Assembly (NCBI RefSeq): GCF_037042905.1 | Contig: NC_087251.1 | Coordinates: 11,720,001-11,784,000 of the forward strand | Direction of reading: 5' to 3' | DNA length: 64,000 bases | Source of the DNA: Lytechinus pictus | Taxonomy: Eukaryota | Part shown: one piece after another, positions 38,657 to 52,900 of the stretch | Layout of the letters: every line of letters starts with the position of its first letter | How positions within the stretch are numbered: position 1 is the stretch's first letter | Program-made: the position numbers and the translations under genes | The notes under the pieces: generated by a model | Told to the model about the DNA's origin: nothing | The model's database searches: none | What the model saw: the letters and a program-made list of their open reading frames with translations, nothing else

Positions 38657-41600
38657 TTAAAATGTAAGCATATCGAGGAAACTCCTACTTGACGTTGAGG
38701 GAGTATTATTCTGGTTTCCATGGCCACCGTTGGCAGACAACCCAGGGTTGTTCTTCTTTTCGATGTAATCCAGTTCCCGCCACATTTGGCAGAGTGACAG
38801 TGGACAACCACAACAACACGTGACTCCGTAATCAGAGCAAATGTCACCCTAATTTGAAAAGGGAAATTGAAATTTGTATCAGGTTACTGACAACACGAAC
38901 GAAAATAAACATTTTGTTGAATTGCCAAATCTAAATAAATGACTTGCTCTTGGTGTTGATTTTTAGTCTAAAGGGATCAGTCAACCCTCATTCACTTCTA
39001 TCGAAACATAACATTAGATAAAGGACTGGGACAATGAAATATTAAGCATATTGAATTCGGAGAGGGTTGCAATTACAATTAATGTTGATTTTTAATTTAA
39101 TGATAGGGCTATACAGTTGTGAAACATAAATGTGAAAATCTGCATTATATGATTTGAATATTCAGATAATGATTCGTTTCCAAGACTCAATATTCTAAAT
39201 CTTCTAAGGCGATTACCCCTATGAAAATATTGGGGGGCAAACCTATTGATTTGCCCCTCCCCCAATAATCTTGACAACTTGAAAATGATTATGATATGCA
39301 ATGCAAATTTTATATTTTAATAAGCATTGTGTTTTTATGTGTTTTATATATATCCATTACATTTGACATGCTATTGAACATTCAAAGTTGTTCAATTTCC
39401 GGCGAGCTTTGCGCGCAAAATTCTTTATTATAATTAAGCGCCCAAAGCGCGCCAAAAATTCGAATTTTTCCCCTTTTGACCCCCCCCCCCCCCCATCATT
39501 CTGAAACATTGATCCACGCCCCTCGTGTTTGTATAGTTTAATGTTATTAAAACAACAACAATCTTACCCGTATATGATGTTGAGTACGTAGTTTGACACG
39601 TAATGCTACACAACCGAATGGTAGACAGCATGCCAGCGGATTCTCTCCCAGTCTCTCAGAAAGACGGCTGGCTAGGCAAGGGGAACAGGCTAGTCCTGTA
39701 ATACCTGCAAAGGATGGGAAAATAGGCATCATTTAGGATTTTAAAAATTATTGTATTGAACAGCCAAAAAAAAATCAGAATAGAAAAATTCTATTAATAT
39801 TTTTCCCTATGCATTTTGAACGATCATAAGAATGGCATTATAGGACTATGCTATTCAGAATGGTATTTAGAGATAGGCTACCAAGTTTTTTTTATTGTAA
39901 GCTGATTTTTTTTTCCACGTTGACTTGATATCCACATTATATACCAAAGAACACACACAAAAAAAAAACGTTTGCATTTCCATATCGCACCTAATAGCGT
40001 GTAGACCTTCAATTTGTTTTCACAAGAAAATATGATGAGGAAGAAAGTTTCAAGGCATGTGTTAAGATGTATCAGTTTTATTTGATAGTAATGTTTATAA
40101 TAGTGTTTACTTCATTCAGCTTGAGACATTGAAAGAGAAAGGGAAGAAAAGGTGAGGGATTAACAGATAGATGGGAAGTGAGGAGATATGGGGGGAGAGA
40201 AGAGGATAAGAAAGTGAGGGAGGGTGAGCGGAGAAAATGGAATACAAAGATGAAAAGGGCAAAATAGATGTTTAGACATTGTTTTGCTTACATATTTCTG
40301 GATCATCGCAGCATGCTAATAAGTTGCTGTTCCACGGTCTCTGAAAAATGTCAAAGAAATATTTTGAATTCAGGCGCTGAGGAGAATTGTATCATTGTCT
40401 GACATTATATATTAAATTGCGTTAGGGAGCGTTTCCTTCTCAAATACAAATGTTTTGAGTTTGACTTTAAATCAGTACATTCATGATACAAACACTGAAA
40501 CATAGTGATATAGCAACAACCATTTTTGGGGTTACAAATACTGTGTTTGTTAGAAGTTGGAAGGGACGCAATTTTAGTGTTTGCCCCCTTATAATGTTTT
40601 CCGGAAATGGCAACGAAACGATATTAATTTTTCTTCAGAATTTGATATTTTTGCAAGCTTGAAATCTAAAAATGAAATGATAAGTCATTGCGATTCATTT
40701 TATTTATTAAAAAAGCCCAAACAAACAAGAGAATGTAATTACGATTTCAGGTTGTTTGTTCTTGTGTATCCCACGCCTGGAACCAAGTCGACTTGAACCT
40801 CCTCGTCGACCACCACCTCCACGCCCTAGTCGACCATGATGGCCTCCACTAGACGTGAGCTGGTCTTCAATGAGCATTGCCTGATCGTTGGTGGTATAAG
40901 AGACGCTTGAGTTGGGGTTGATGTGAGAAGATGGGTAAGGTTGATGGGTAACGGTCAGCCCACTACGGGTGTCGTGGCGGGCGGCTGGGTTGTAGTTTTC
41001 GCATCGGTCAAACTGCCCGTTTGCTGGGTTGAAAAAATATATAATGAAGTTTAAAAATAGAGGGAAAATTTAATACTTTATTCAGTTAATAAACATTTAT
41101 CAAAGTCTTCAGAACAATTGAATGACCAGTACCTGACAAAAGTTATATGGCGTTATCTTCCCACTAAATTGTCATCTCTTGATTCTGATTTTGGTTTGGT
41201 TTTATTTACCGTATAAAAATCACAATAAAATACATTGCACAGGATATGAGATTAAATATAAATATATAAACATGCACATAAAAATATATGGATGGATAAC
41301 TCTATTCAGAGCCATTGATATAATGGCTCTGTTTTTCCTAGAGGTCCAGATAAAATCCTTTCCACTTTGGTGAAAATTGTATATGTTATTTTCATTTCAG
41401 TTTTATTTGCATTCTTTGCTATCATTTGTGCATTTTTTTAATAATAGATATTGATGTCGTTTTCCTAAATAACAACCTGATCATTTTAATGATCACAATA
41501 TAGTTAAAATCTTATTCTTATTTATACAGTTAAGTGATTTAATAATTTTCTTTCTGTAAAAGAAGGCCTATATATGTTTTTCATTTTTATTTTGCTTCCA

Positions 41601-44600
41601 ATATTTAAAAAAAAATGACACATTTTACTACGAATTGGACACCAATCGGTATTATCAAAGTGAAATGATATCATTTCTCATAGCTTTGAGGATTTTTTCT
41701 CCTTTGCCTTCTTGAAAGGTTTATTTATTATTGATCCTCAGAAATAATTTATAAATCGTGTAAGCCCCTTAAGATTTCCAGACGTCAACCTCTCTCATCA
41801 TAACACATTAGTAATGATCGATGATAAATACAAGTATGAGTAAATGATGACGTCATCAAGCGAACTTACGTACATGTTTGTGATTGGATCATTTACGAGT
41901 TCATTGCACCCATAAAGTTTGGTCCATAAGGGGGGGGGGGTCACACTATATCAAAGTAGATTGGAACGACGTTCAGATTTCATATTCAATTCACTTTCGT
42001 TCTACGATTTCACACGCTCACTATCAAATAGAAATAGATTTTTTTTCTTTGTTGCCTTGGATACGATATATCCCTCACCCATTTGTTCCTTTTCACATTA
42101 AAATCAATTTCTTGTATCTTACAACAATTCGCAAGTCATATAGTAAAAAGGAAACCATCATAATCTGCAATTTTATCAACCTTACAAGTAAGTTGTTGAT
42201 ATAAATCAAATCAGTGTTCTCTATGAAGAAGTAATACGTCTATTTGAAAGAAAAAAGTAACATATGCAAACTTTGAAATACTATACCAGAACGATTTGAA
42301 CTTCTCTTCGAGAAAAAATATTTTTACTATTTGCATTTTTGTATATTGCAGTATGAATTGAACTTCTGAATAAAACTCTTCTGAATTGAAATGAATTCAA
42401 CTTCGTTTACAGATTACAGGGATTTCAAATAAATCTAAATGGACTGTGGGTTAGGGGTCAATCGAATTATCCTACAGATTCATTTCTAAATTTCAAAGGA
42501 TTTAAATTTAAATCCCTCGAGATTTAAAACTAAATTTCAAGATTCAAACTAAATCCAGAAATCGATTGGTCCCTAACTTCAGTCCATCTGGATTTATTTT
42601 GAATCCCTGTAATCTAGAGTGCAGTGGATTAATATTCTGATCGAGTTAAATGTTACCACACTCTGGCAAAATCAAATAAAAACCGTAATAAATGGTGTGT
42701 TTTTTAAAATTGTCTTCTGTTTGTATCGCTTTTCAAGTAAAATCATACCCTATCAAAATTATAGGCCTTATTATTTTTGCATATAAAGTGGCAATGTTTG
42801 GCAGTGCAAGAATCAAGCGTTAACACTTCTAGTTCCATTTCACGTTATTTTTTCTTTATTATAATAATGATTGCCAAGAAATATTTTTAACAAAGATAAT
42901 TGCATAAATAGAACTGGAAACTCACGATCAATTACTGATTTCAGGAAAGGAACATGATTCATGCCAACGCTCACACAGTTAAAATATGTTTACATACACT
43001 CTAAAAATAGGTTTACCCAATGTTGGGTAAAATGGGAACATGCATGTTGGTTGGGTAAAAAGATACCCAATATTTTGTAAATTTTACGCAACGTTGCGTT
43101 ACTTTAGATAATCCAATATGGGGTAAAAAAATACCCAGCAAACATGCATGTTCCCCTTTTACCCAATATTGGGTAAGATTTTACTCAGTGTTTTTAGAGT
43201 GTATGTATGTGAAAATATGTCACTCTTAGTTTTCGTGTAATGCACAGCATTGAAATGAGAAGTAGGTACATGTATATAAGAAGCGATTGATTATGAAACG
43301 TATATCATGTATGGAATGTTAAAGGCTTGCTGTGGAAGTAATGTCAGTTGTTATGACAAATCAAATAATAAGTGACTGGTTAATTGTGTTTTTACACCTT
43401 CATCTTACATAATCATTTTGGAATGATTACTTCGTTAATAGTATCCAGCTTGATAAACATTTTGTATTTTTTATGTTTTATGATTGTTATTTAATTAGGC
43501 TAATATTTGAGGGAAAAACCCGACAAGTTTTATTCTTTTTAAAATACTTTTTCAGTGACCCTAATTTCATAATATTTTATGTTCGTATATGACTTGTATA
43601 TATGCAAGAGTGTATTTTGCATCGAATTGAATGATGTTGAATCTCGACAAAAGTAAATTATAATAATTTGCCAAGGCGCTCAGAATTTCTGTATCCAGTA
43701 TCCAACACTGAATAGTTTCAATATCTTCAAGTAAAATGGGGAAAGGTATATAAGAAATGTCCTAACTATCCTCAAGCACAGGGGTGGAGTGCATGGGGGG
43801 GGGGGGGGTGTTGCATTGGCAAAATTCTTCAAAAAGGATGAGATCGAAAGAAGTTCCATAGTATTCCCCCACTGCACTTTGAGCACGTTTTACAAATCTG
43901 TGACATCCGCCATGTGCATGTTGTGAGTCAACGACAATGTAAACAACAAACGTGAGATAGTATAGAGTGAGTTGAACTTCAATGATTAGGTACCATGGCT
44001 ATCTATTTCTCAGGTCAAGCCGATATTATAGACAACAGGAAGGAAATTATAATCTGATGTTAATTAATAATCTTAATATGAAGAATTTAAAGCACTGCTT
44101 TGATCAAAAGGAAACAATCGCTGCTAAGCCTATACTATGTTTTTTAATCCGAATGATATATTTACATTTTTATTTTACAAAATAGTTGTAATGAAAATGT
44201 TCCGAATGAAAACAAAATCAAATGAAATAAATATAGCTTTGTTAACTGATACTAATTTTGTTTTGTTGTGTTTTAACGTCATTGTGCATCAAATAATTAT
44301 GTACTCTGAACTATTTTCATTATGTTATATAACGCAATTCTGCCCGAACTTGTACTTTTAGGTCCATGGTTCAATGTAGAATAGGCGTACTGCAAACCAA
44401 GGGAGGGTTCACTATTAATAAATGGAAAATGCATATAATTTTACTATACACAAAACAATAAAAACATGCGTTAATAAAAACAGGAAGGCATCTTTTTAAA
44501 TTGTCTGTACCTCACTTGGTCGTCAAGCCCTTGCATAAACCAGAACTATTAATAAATTTTCTTCCCTTTTTTTTTGTTGGGGGGGGGGGGTGGTTATGAT

Positions 44601-45733
44601 TTTTTAGGAGAAACAGAGGGCTACTTTGTGGGCCCCAGGCAAATTGTCACTCCTTGAACAAGCAGGTCATATTATAACAACATCATGGGTAGAGGTAGAA
44701 ATAATCTGTCTTATTTATGTATTACATTGTTTTGGTTTTTTATTTTCATTCTGTCTCGTCATCATTCAGAATAATTTTTTTGTGAAAGTGATATTTTGAA
44801 TTGATATTATAATCAACATGAAAGAAAAGCTCATGAACAATTTAAACAATATGTACAACGACCAGAACAATCAAAGGAAAACTTTTTAATATCTGGTGTG
44901 TGTATTTTTGTGTGCGTCTGTTTATTTGATTATTTGTGTACTTTGTTTAGACAAGTATTGCTTAAAGTCAGAGTATTATCAAAGTAAACATATTTCCCAG
45001 CATGGCTCAATATATGCATTTTGACAGGGCAACGCCACAAGGAATGACGGGGGAGGGGCAAAGTACCGCGGGCGCTGCTTTCAGGGGGTGTACAGCAGGC
45101 AAAAGCGAGGGAGAGAAAGGGAAAGAAAACGCGGAGGAAACCCTTAAAAGTTCTCCCTTTTTTAACGAAAACCCCAAAACTGTGGTTTCAAGGCTTTCCC
45201 TTCCCTCTCCATCCGTTCAGATGATGCACGTGTTGTAAGGAAAGGGTGCAATATTCGTTATTTGTTTTTCCTAGCTCAGAACCCCACCCCGTGATCTTTC
45301 AAGAGCTAACAAATTAAAGACTAATAAAGGATAAAACAACATGGATTTGTAACCATACAGTACACCTATTTTATTGTGTAAAATTTTAAGTAAATTAATC
45401 TAATCTCTGCGTCATCTTACGAAATTCCAAGGGGTCGCCACTGCATGTTTAAAAGAAAGAGTAAGAAGTTGACCAGGGCAGGGTATAGGATAGGTGGTTG
45501 ATGTGAGAGGAACTAATGTGGAAGTCAGGGGGGTAGTAAAAGAGTATAATTGGATGAAGACAAGAAGGGGTGGAGCTAAGCTTTTTACAGAGGAACAAGG
45601 GACATACGGGTGACATAATTGACCTCCAAGTGTCCACCCCTTTCCCTGCCAAACCCTGGATATGCCACCGCACACAGCATGTTGATAACCACTGGCGTAT
45701 AGATGGGAACTTAGAACCATGCCCCCCCCCCCC

Positions 45734-45764
<31 letters not shown>

Positions 45765-46108
45765 GTCACGACCAATAAAAACAAGGAGAAAAAGGAGAGA
45801 AAACAAAATGGAAAGAGTGAAATATTATATTATTGTCTGAATATAATGTCAAAATCTATCTATTTTGTATTAAACATGTTAGAAGGTCAAAACTTTTGCT
45901 CTCTCGCATCTTTTTTTAGAACTCTTGATCCATCTGCCATATCAGCTCATTTTTTCGGTGATTACGCCATTCATAAGCTCTATTTTGATTTTGTTTGCTT
46001 CTTGGGGAAAAACGTTTGCTTTATTCATGCAACAAATTTCTTAAGTTAATGTTCGTGTTTATGAATGAATGAAGATGTCATGTCAGTCTACTTACCTAAG
46101 TACATCAT
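38657..46108 (-). CDS. PLAC8/cornifelin-family Cys-rich protein, paralog B (~223 aa, extended N-terminus)
   Basis: Exons 46096-46108 (ATG ATG TAC TTA G, tentative), 40743-41023, 40292-40340, 39568-39704, 38657-38848: ..RPWNSNLLACCDDPEIC|ITGLACSPCLASRLSERLGENPLACCLPFGCVALRVKLRTQHHIR|GDICSDYGVTCCCGCPLSLCQMWRELDYIEKK..LTF*. The PLAC8 core is clear; the first coding exon is less certain. Confidence 0.85.
42411..42615. mobile_element. Near-palindromic foldback MITE
   Basis: AGATTACAGGGATTTCAAATAAATCTAAATGGACTG.. pairs with ..CAGTCCATCTGGATTTATTTTGAATCCCTGTAATCT. Confidence 0.7.
42997..43201. mobile_element. CACTC-terminated palindromic MITE
   Basis: TA-CACTCTAAAAA...TTTTTAGAGTG-TA; internal inverted TTACCCAA/TTGGGTAA and GAACATGCATGTT repeats. 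Confidence 0.8.
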
Positions 46109-48007
46109 GTCTGCTTTGCTGAATATCCAATAAGTTGTTATCCTCAACTAAATTCCGTGTATATGCCTCTCCTCCTGTCGACCAACTGATGGGTTCTGAA
46201 GTTACCAATATCGTTAACTCGCTCTCCTTAACGGTTGATCAATAAATTCTGCTTGGGGTTCTGTTATCCACTTATTTTAACAATACAAGTAACGACAAAG
46301 TCAAAGAGGATTTATTGTACGCTACAGAAAATTCCGAATATCGTTCTTGCTTTTGTGCATCTCCAGAAACTGTTGCGACGAGGTATTTTTTCTTGCGAAG
46401 GACGCACGCATTTAACGCATTAATTTACCGCCCTTCCGTCCGCTCCGTGAAAACTTCCCAAAACTGAATAAAACTACCGGTGTTTTACTTAAACTTATTG
46501 AACTTCTTTATGACAATGACGCAACAGTGACGTCAGAATTGTTTTCCAAACGCAGGCTTTGACACCTCTTCTAAGACGTTTGGGAATCCAGCATTTTCAA
46601 GTGGGGAGGGATGTGCCTATAGTTTTAATGCATGTGGTGTAACACAAAGAAACATAATTACTTATAGCTTACAATATTGATTGTAAATTTTGGTAATGTT
46701 TTCCATAGATTGAGGCCTACATGTCATTTACGATCAAGGGCCCAAAACAGGTAAAAACAATGCCCAAATATATTCTGCAGAAAGGGATCGAAGATTTAAT
46801 CATGTATATTTTTTCTGTAAAAGGGTAATTATTTAGTGGAGGCAGAAAGATAAAGGCCTATGTTTAATGATTTGACATGAAATTGCATTCCTTGCAGTTC
46901 TTCATTTTGTTGATGTATACGTAATAGTTTCTATTGATTATCCACCCACCCCACACCGACCCCCTCCCCCTTCTCCCTCCACAAGAAAGATTACGGTTAA
47001 AGCTGTTATTACATCGCGGATTCACTAGCTTTGCGGGTTTAAAGGAAATTTAAATTGCAGGTTTTTAGAAGAGCAATTAGTACATCCCGTCAGTAGGAAA
47101 ATATTTCCCTACCTTTAGATTGACTTAGGAAGGAAGCGATAAATCTCCTCTTAAATCCTACTCTTTAAGATTCGCCATACTCACTATTTAGGCTAAGAGT
47201 CCTAGGATTGAGTCACAACACTGCAAGAAGTTGTGAAGTGTGAGGGGGTACGTGGTTTAGTGGAGTTTACTTTTAACTCTACATCTTTGACAATGTGTCA
47301 CATTGGGAGCATCTCTAAAATACAACTGCTTATAGCATCTCTTTAAAAGGGAATATTGACACGTCACTCGTTCTTCAGAGAGGTGCACCAAAAGGCTGTC
47401 TTATAATGTGAATCGGTCTTGAAACTGGTCTGCAATTAAACTTAGTGGACCTAAATTTTGGAGAGAGTTTAATTCTGTAAATGAATATTATGATTTTTTA
47501 CGTTGATGTGAGGATATTTTCAACGATGATGTCAATATACTTTCTATCTCAAATTTATATGTTTGTCAGATAATGTTTTACTATACTGGTCTATACTGAC
47601 AATATATCCTGGGTTTGTCGTGTTGAAAAAAAAGGTCTCATTACACAAGTTCTAAAGGTTGATTTACATCGTGTTGTGTAAAAGGATTTTTAGCGATTGC
47701 AAGTATGTGTATGAGACATATATGACTCAGGAACTCTGTCTTCACAATGAGATGGTAATCAGTCATTTCTTTCAGCTAGGCATTATACTGAAATCTGGAG
47801 AAAAAAAAGGTAAAACGTGACTATTAAGATAGGGTAAGAAACTTGCGGTGCGTTTTATTCTTGCCATGGTCAAGGTCCTGTTTGTCGATTGCTTTCAAAC
47901 AATAATTTAAAAGGCAATCAGGGGCGACAGTCACCTTATGGACATGAATATGATCACACCCTATGATTTTAATAGTAAAAGAAGGAGGAATAGGAAACTG
48001 ACAGAGC

Positions 48008-48038
<31 letters not shown>

Positions 48039-49952
48039 CTAAAAAAATGTAAAAATAAGAGGTATTGGTAGTGTATCGCTATTATCCCCTACTATTCAAT
48101 TATTAAGAAAAATCATGACGTCAAATTTAGTCCGCCTTGTCCCTTATAAAATTGTTCTGAGTTATTGTTATATATCAAAGTGGAGTTATGATTATATGTA
48201 TGCCTATTTTGTGGAAATTGTCGTGTATCGTGGCATGATATAAAATTCAGTAAGAGCTTAAATTGCAAAATCTCCAAACTAATATCTTTATATCTCTCCT
48301 CACATCACTTTCCTTCTATCCCTCTATTCCCTTCTCGCTGTCTCTTTTTTTACTCACTTCCCCATCATACCTCTTCACAAATTCTCTTTCTCCTCTTCAT
48401 TTCGACATCACATCACATGCATGTTTTTGACCCTTCATTATCGTTTAATATACACAATTCAGAACTTTCTTTGCATTGGCTGTTTGATAGTGGTTTTCTT
48501 GACGTCACAATGTGCCTTCGTAAGCCAGTGACCAATCATTGGCCGGATTGCATTCCTTTGTTACATCAGTGTGTCAAAACATAACATTTTAATTAAGAAT
48601 AGAAATAAAATGTATTAGTCCGTGGAGATAAATTGCTTTGTTTGTGTTTTAGCTTAATAATTCATTCATATGGGCTGAGAAACAAAGAAAAACACACGCA
48701 AATAATAAATAGAGTAGATTTCTGATTATTATTCCTTTACATTAAACTTTATAAAATATATTTACAGGCATTCAAAATATTGCATATTTATGAGACAACA
48801 AAGGAAACTTGAAATATCGCACATAAATGATATACTGCAAAAACATTGCAAATTAAAAATGCACATTTTAAGCAACAAAATCAATACTTTGCACACCATT
48901 TTTGTCCAATAATAAGCACACATAACTAGAAATATTGGCGTTATACTTTTTTCTCACAGTATTTTGCTTGTCAATGAATATTGCTCAATGAAAATATGCA
49001 GCTTTTACCAAATGTTTGTGAAGACATTTATAATGCACATTATATTGAGCATAATTTGTACATGCACATCCGTAAATAATAAAATTCAAGATACTTATAG
49101 TCATGATAAGTATAAGGAGGTATATGTTTTGTATAAAAATGATAGCTACTGACATTTCACTGTCGATATATATTCTGAGTTTAAGTCAGTGATTTATGAC
49201 TTAATTTCATTACTGGTACACTGAAGTTAAATGGTATTCTCGCTCGTATTTTACACAACCCCTATATGACTTGCAACTATTAAAGTATGAATGTTGAAAG
49301 TGCATGTACATAAATCAAATGTAATTGGATAGGGATGGGCACACTTAATGATTTAATTTAGTATTGTGATAAAATTACACAAACTTAATATAATCTGCGC
49401 GTAAATACAACAAATTGTAATAAAATGGACGCACATCAATTCCAAGGAAAGTCGTTATTTTTTCTCAAATAGATATAGTAAATTCATGAATATGATTTTG
49501 AGGTTGAATACAAAGAATTCAACCAATAATTATGGCAACAGTTTTTTTTTGGAAGATGCGATTTGAAATTTGTAACCATTTAATTACAAGTGTTTCTCAT
49601 GTAGAGATAAAAAACAAAACACATCAATAAATTATCTAGCAAATAGAATCTTCTTACAAGCTTAACCACATCAATTGGAAAATAAACTGACATACCAACA
49701 TACCTCATTCATCGAATATGAAAAGAACTAAAAACATACGCATTAATATCATGTGACACGATTTATTATCAAAATTTACATATTGCAAAGACAAGGTACT
49801 TAATACACTACTAAAATTGCACCAAGTATTTTAAACGATATGACTTTAATCAATAACCCTAGTACGTATAGAGATACAATACTATCGGTTACAGCACACA
49901 TAATTCGGACGGAGTTTTACTGATATCGGGAAGGCCACAAAGTTCATATAAT

Positions 49953-52900
49953 TCATAAACTTTTTAGTTCTGGCTTGCAGAAATCAAGATTCGAGATGGA
50001 TTCAAACGGTGTTGCTGAAAGACAAAAGAAGAGAAAGAAAATGATAAATTAGCACTGTATCATGAATAGTTTACTCGTCAATCATTGAATACATTCACAC
50101 AGTTTATCGTAACATCATTAGTACAAAGAGCAACAAATTTCAAACCACGTATGGTGATCGGTAACTTTGGAAAATCATTTAACTTCACTTGGCCTTAGTT
50201 TCTTTGGATGTATAAAATTTGAATATCTTGTGATTAGAAAATATAAATCGCTATTGTCAATTTGATATTCGCTATGGTTTTCATCTCCGGTCGTTTAATT
50301 ATACATGGTTTTGATTTATAAACATCATCTAGTTTGCTATATAGGGTTACGACAGTAACATTATAATTGACAGTAAAATAAAACTTACCGAAAAATGGAT
50401 CGGCATGGAAGAAATGAGACTGGGCTGGTACGATGGGTTTCTTATTCATATGCTGAATGGTAAGAAGTTGGGCATCGGTATAGCTGAGAGGGGAAAAGGA
50501 TAAACAGAAATTATATTAATTTAATAATTCATCCAACATCTATATTTCTTTGGATGTGATTAGGGAAGAATAAAACATAAAATGATTATTCTTGAGGTTA
50601 TTTATTTATAAATTTGTCAATCTAATTAAAAACCTTTTTTGTCCTTTTTTGACCCTCTTTCATGGAAATATATACTTAATTTTTCATTTTTAAAGAGAAT
50701 CCGTTTAGACTATAATTGAATCCTTTTTTGAAATATAATTTTTTTTTAAACATGATCCTTTTAGATTGAAATTCAATCTTTAGAGACTGAAATATTAGAA
50801 AGTTATAATAAAACTTACCTTCGTTGATGTAGAGGTTTATAATCATGGCTCATAGTAGATGAACTATGAGCTGCTGATAAATCCTTTGGAACCTGTTCTA
50901 ATGTCAGATTCCTAATGAACTGATTGTAGTCAACCGACCCATCTCCAACTCGGTCACACCTGAAACGATTAAAGAAAATATCGTTTGATTTTAGTTACAG
51001 TTTTCCAGGAACCAGAAACTTTCGACTCGCTATCCAGTTATATGCAAAATCAGTATAAACTCATCTAAATCTACACTGAAAAAAAAAATCACAATTTTGT
51101 TTAAATAATCTAAAAATGCAGCCAGGTATATATGTTAAGTAAAAAAAAAAAAAGATAAATTATTTCAAGACATAAGGCCTTATCAAACGCTGTCATCTGA
51201 CGAAACTGTCATAAAAAACGAGTTAATAAGTTTATTTGACCGATCTACTACGCCCTTTGGCTCGTTTATAGGCGTATCTAGATGTTGACAGAATCGTATC
51301 GAATTTGGACACGTTCAATCGAATTTGAGACCTTCTATATAGGCCTTTAAACGCCTGGCGAAATTCCTTAGACAGAGGTATAATGGGCATAATTATGGTA
51401 TTATATAGACGGCATAATATGACAGAGCCTTTAGTAACACTGTCTTGCAAAGATTGTATTCCTTAAACTACAGATTTAAATTTGATTTTAGTAAAACACA
51501 AAATCTTAACATGCGTATCATACCTTTGCAATAATGAGTTCATGGCCTTTTGACTACCATTGATTTGGAATTTCCCGCAGACTTCTTTCATCTGTGCCTT
51601 TGACAAGCGACCCGTCCTCTCGGGGTCGGCAGCCATCAGGGACTGCCGTAGCTCTAGGTGCAGTGGGTCTCGGGGGTTCGGGGTGCTGAGAAATAGAAAC
51701 AGAATCAATATTTGTAAACTAATTCGTAACAAAGAAATCCTTTCGCGATTTGGGTGTTTACCAAGACAAATCAGAGCTTATGAAAATATGAATATTACAT
51801 CGTTTTACAATTTTCAGTGAATATAATGATAAATCATTGTAGATTGATGGGAGAATGTTAATTACAGATCGATGTCCACAATAGATTTCCTAACAAAACT
51901 GAATATAATTATACTTACTTGTTGTAGTATGATTTCTTCGCCATTCTGATCTGTTCGAATATACTTGGACGCATGGGATCTTCCTTCAAATCTTGTGTGT
52001 TTTCACTGTTTTGAAGAAAAAATTGACAGTTCAAAAAAATAATTAGCATAATTACATAAGGAATAAATGTCATCAGCATCATGGTCGTCGTCATCAACAT
52101 CATCATCTTCATAATTTGTTATTTTCATCGATCATCATCTTTCATCGTCATCATCGTAATTCTCGCCACCATTATTACATATTCATTATCCTCATCCTCT
52201 ACAACAATCTTACCTCGAATGAGTGTGCTTGTAGTTGGGGTCGCTCTTGTTCTTCTTCCCAGCAGCTGGAATCTGCAGACCATTGTAATTGTCATCGGTA
52301 AAGCTATCCTGTGCTTCGCTTACGTGACTCGGTCCATCGTTCCCGAGCTTGAAATGGACCCTCCTCGCATCCTCGACGCGTTCTTTCTTCTCGGTCCGCA
52401 TCCCGCGGAGTCGTTCATGCGCATCTTCCGTATTCATTATGCTCTTGCGGAAATCGTATGCCTCACTGGTCTCTGAGGCGGACGGGATGTGAGCTTCGTA
52501 AGGAAGACATCCGATACTGTCCAGATAGCGGTACTTGGTTGTCGGCATCTCGTATCCCTTGCGATCTCCGTCCAGAGAGTGTTTGATGTAGTTCGTGTGA
52601 GACACTGCAAATAAGCACAGAAAACTCCAAAGTTATCGTTATGATCATTCTGTTACAAAGGTGAAGCTAAAACAGCCATCTCTTTCAGTCGAACAATGCA
52701 CGTTTTCAATTTTACGTCTTCATAAGATGTAGAAGAAGTGAAGGTAGGTTTTGGCTTAGAAGTCAATCAGGATGCCTCAACATTTCCACAAGGTTTCATT
52801 ATAGAATGCACTTTAATGCAGGCTATTTGGGATACATTTTCTAAGCATCGCCCCAGAATATCACGTTTGAAATAAATTGGTCGTCAAACTTTTCGTAAGA

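Noticed and set aside
45412..46049. 100-160 aa ORFs on both strands
   Set aside because: They run through poly-C/poly-A tracts and MITE-like sequence in an intron, with no recognisable domain or splice support.
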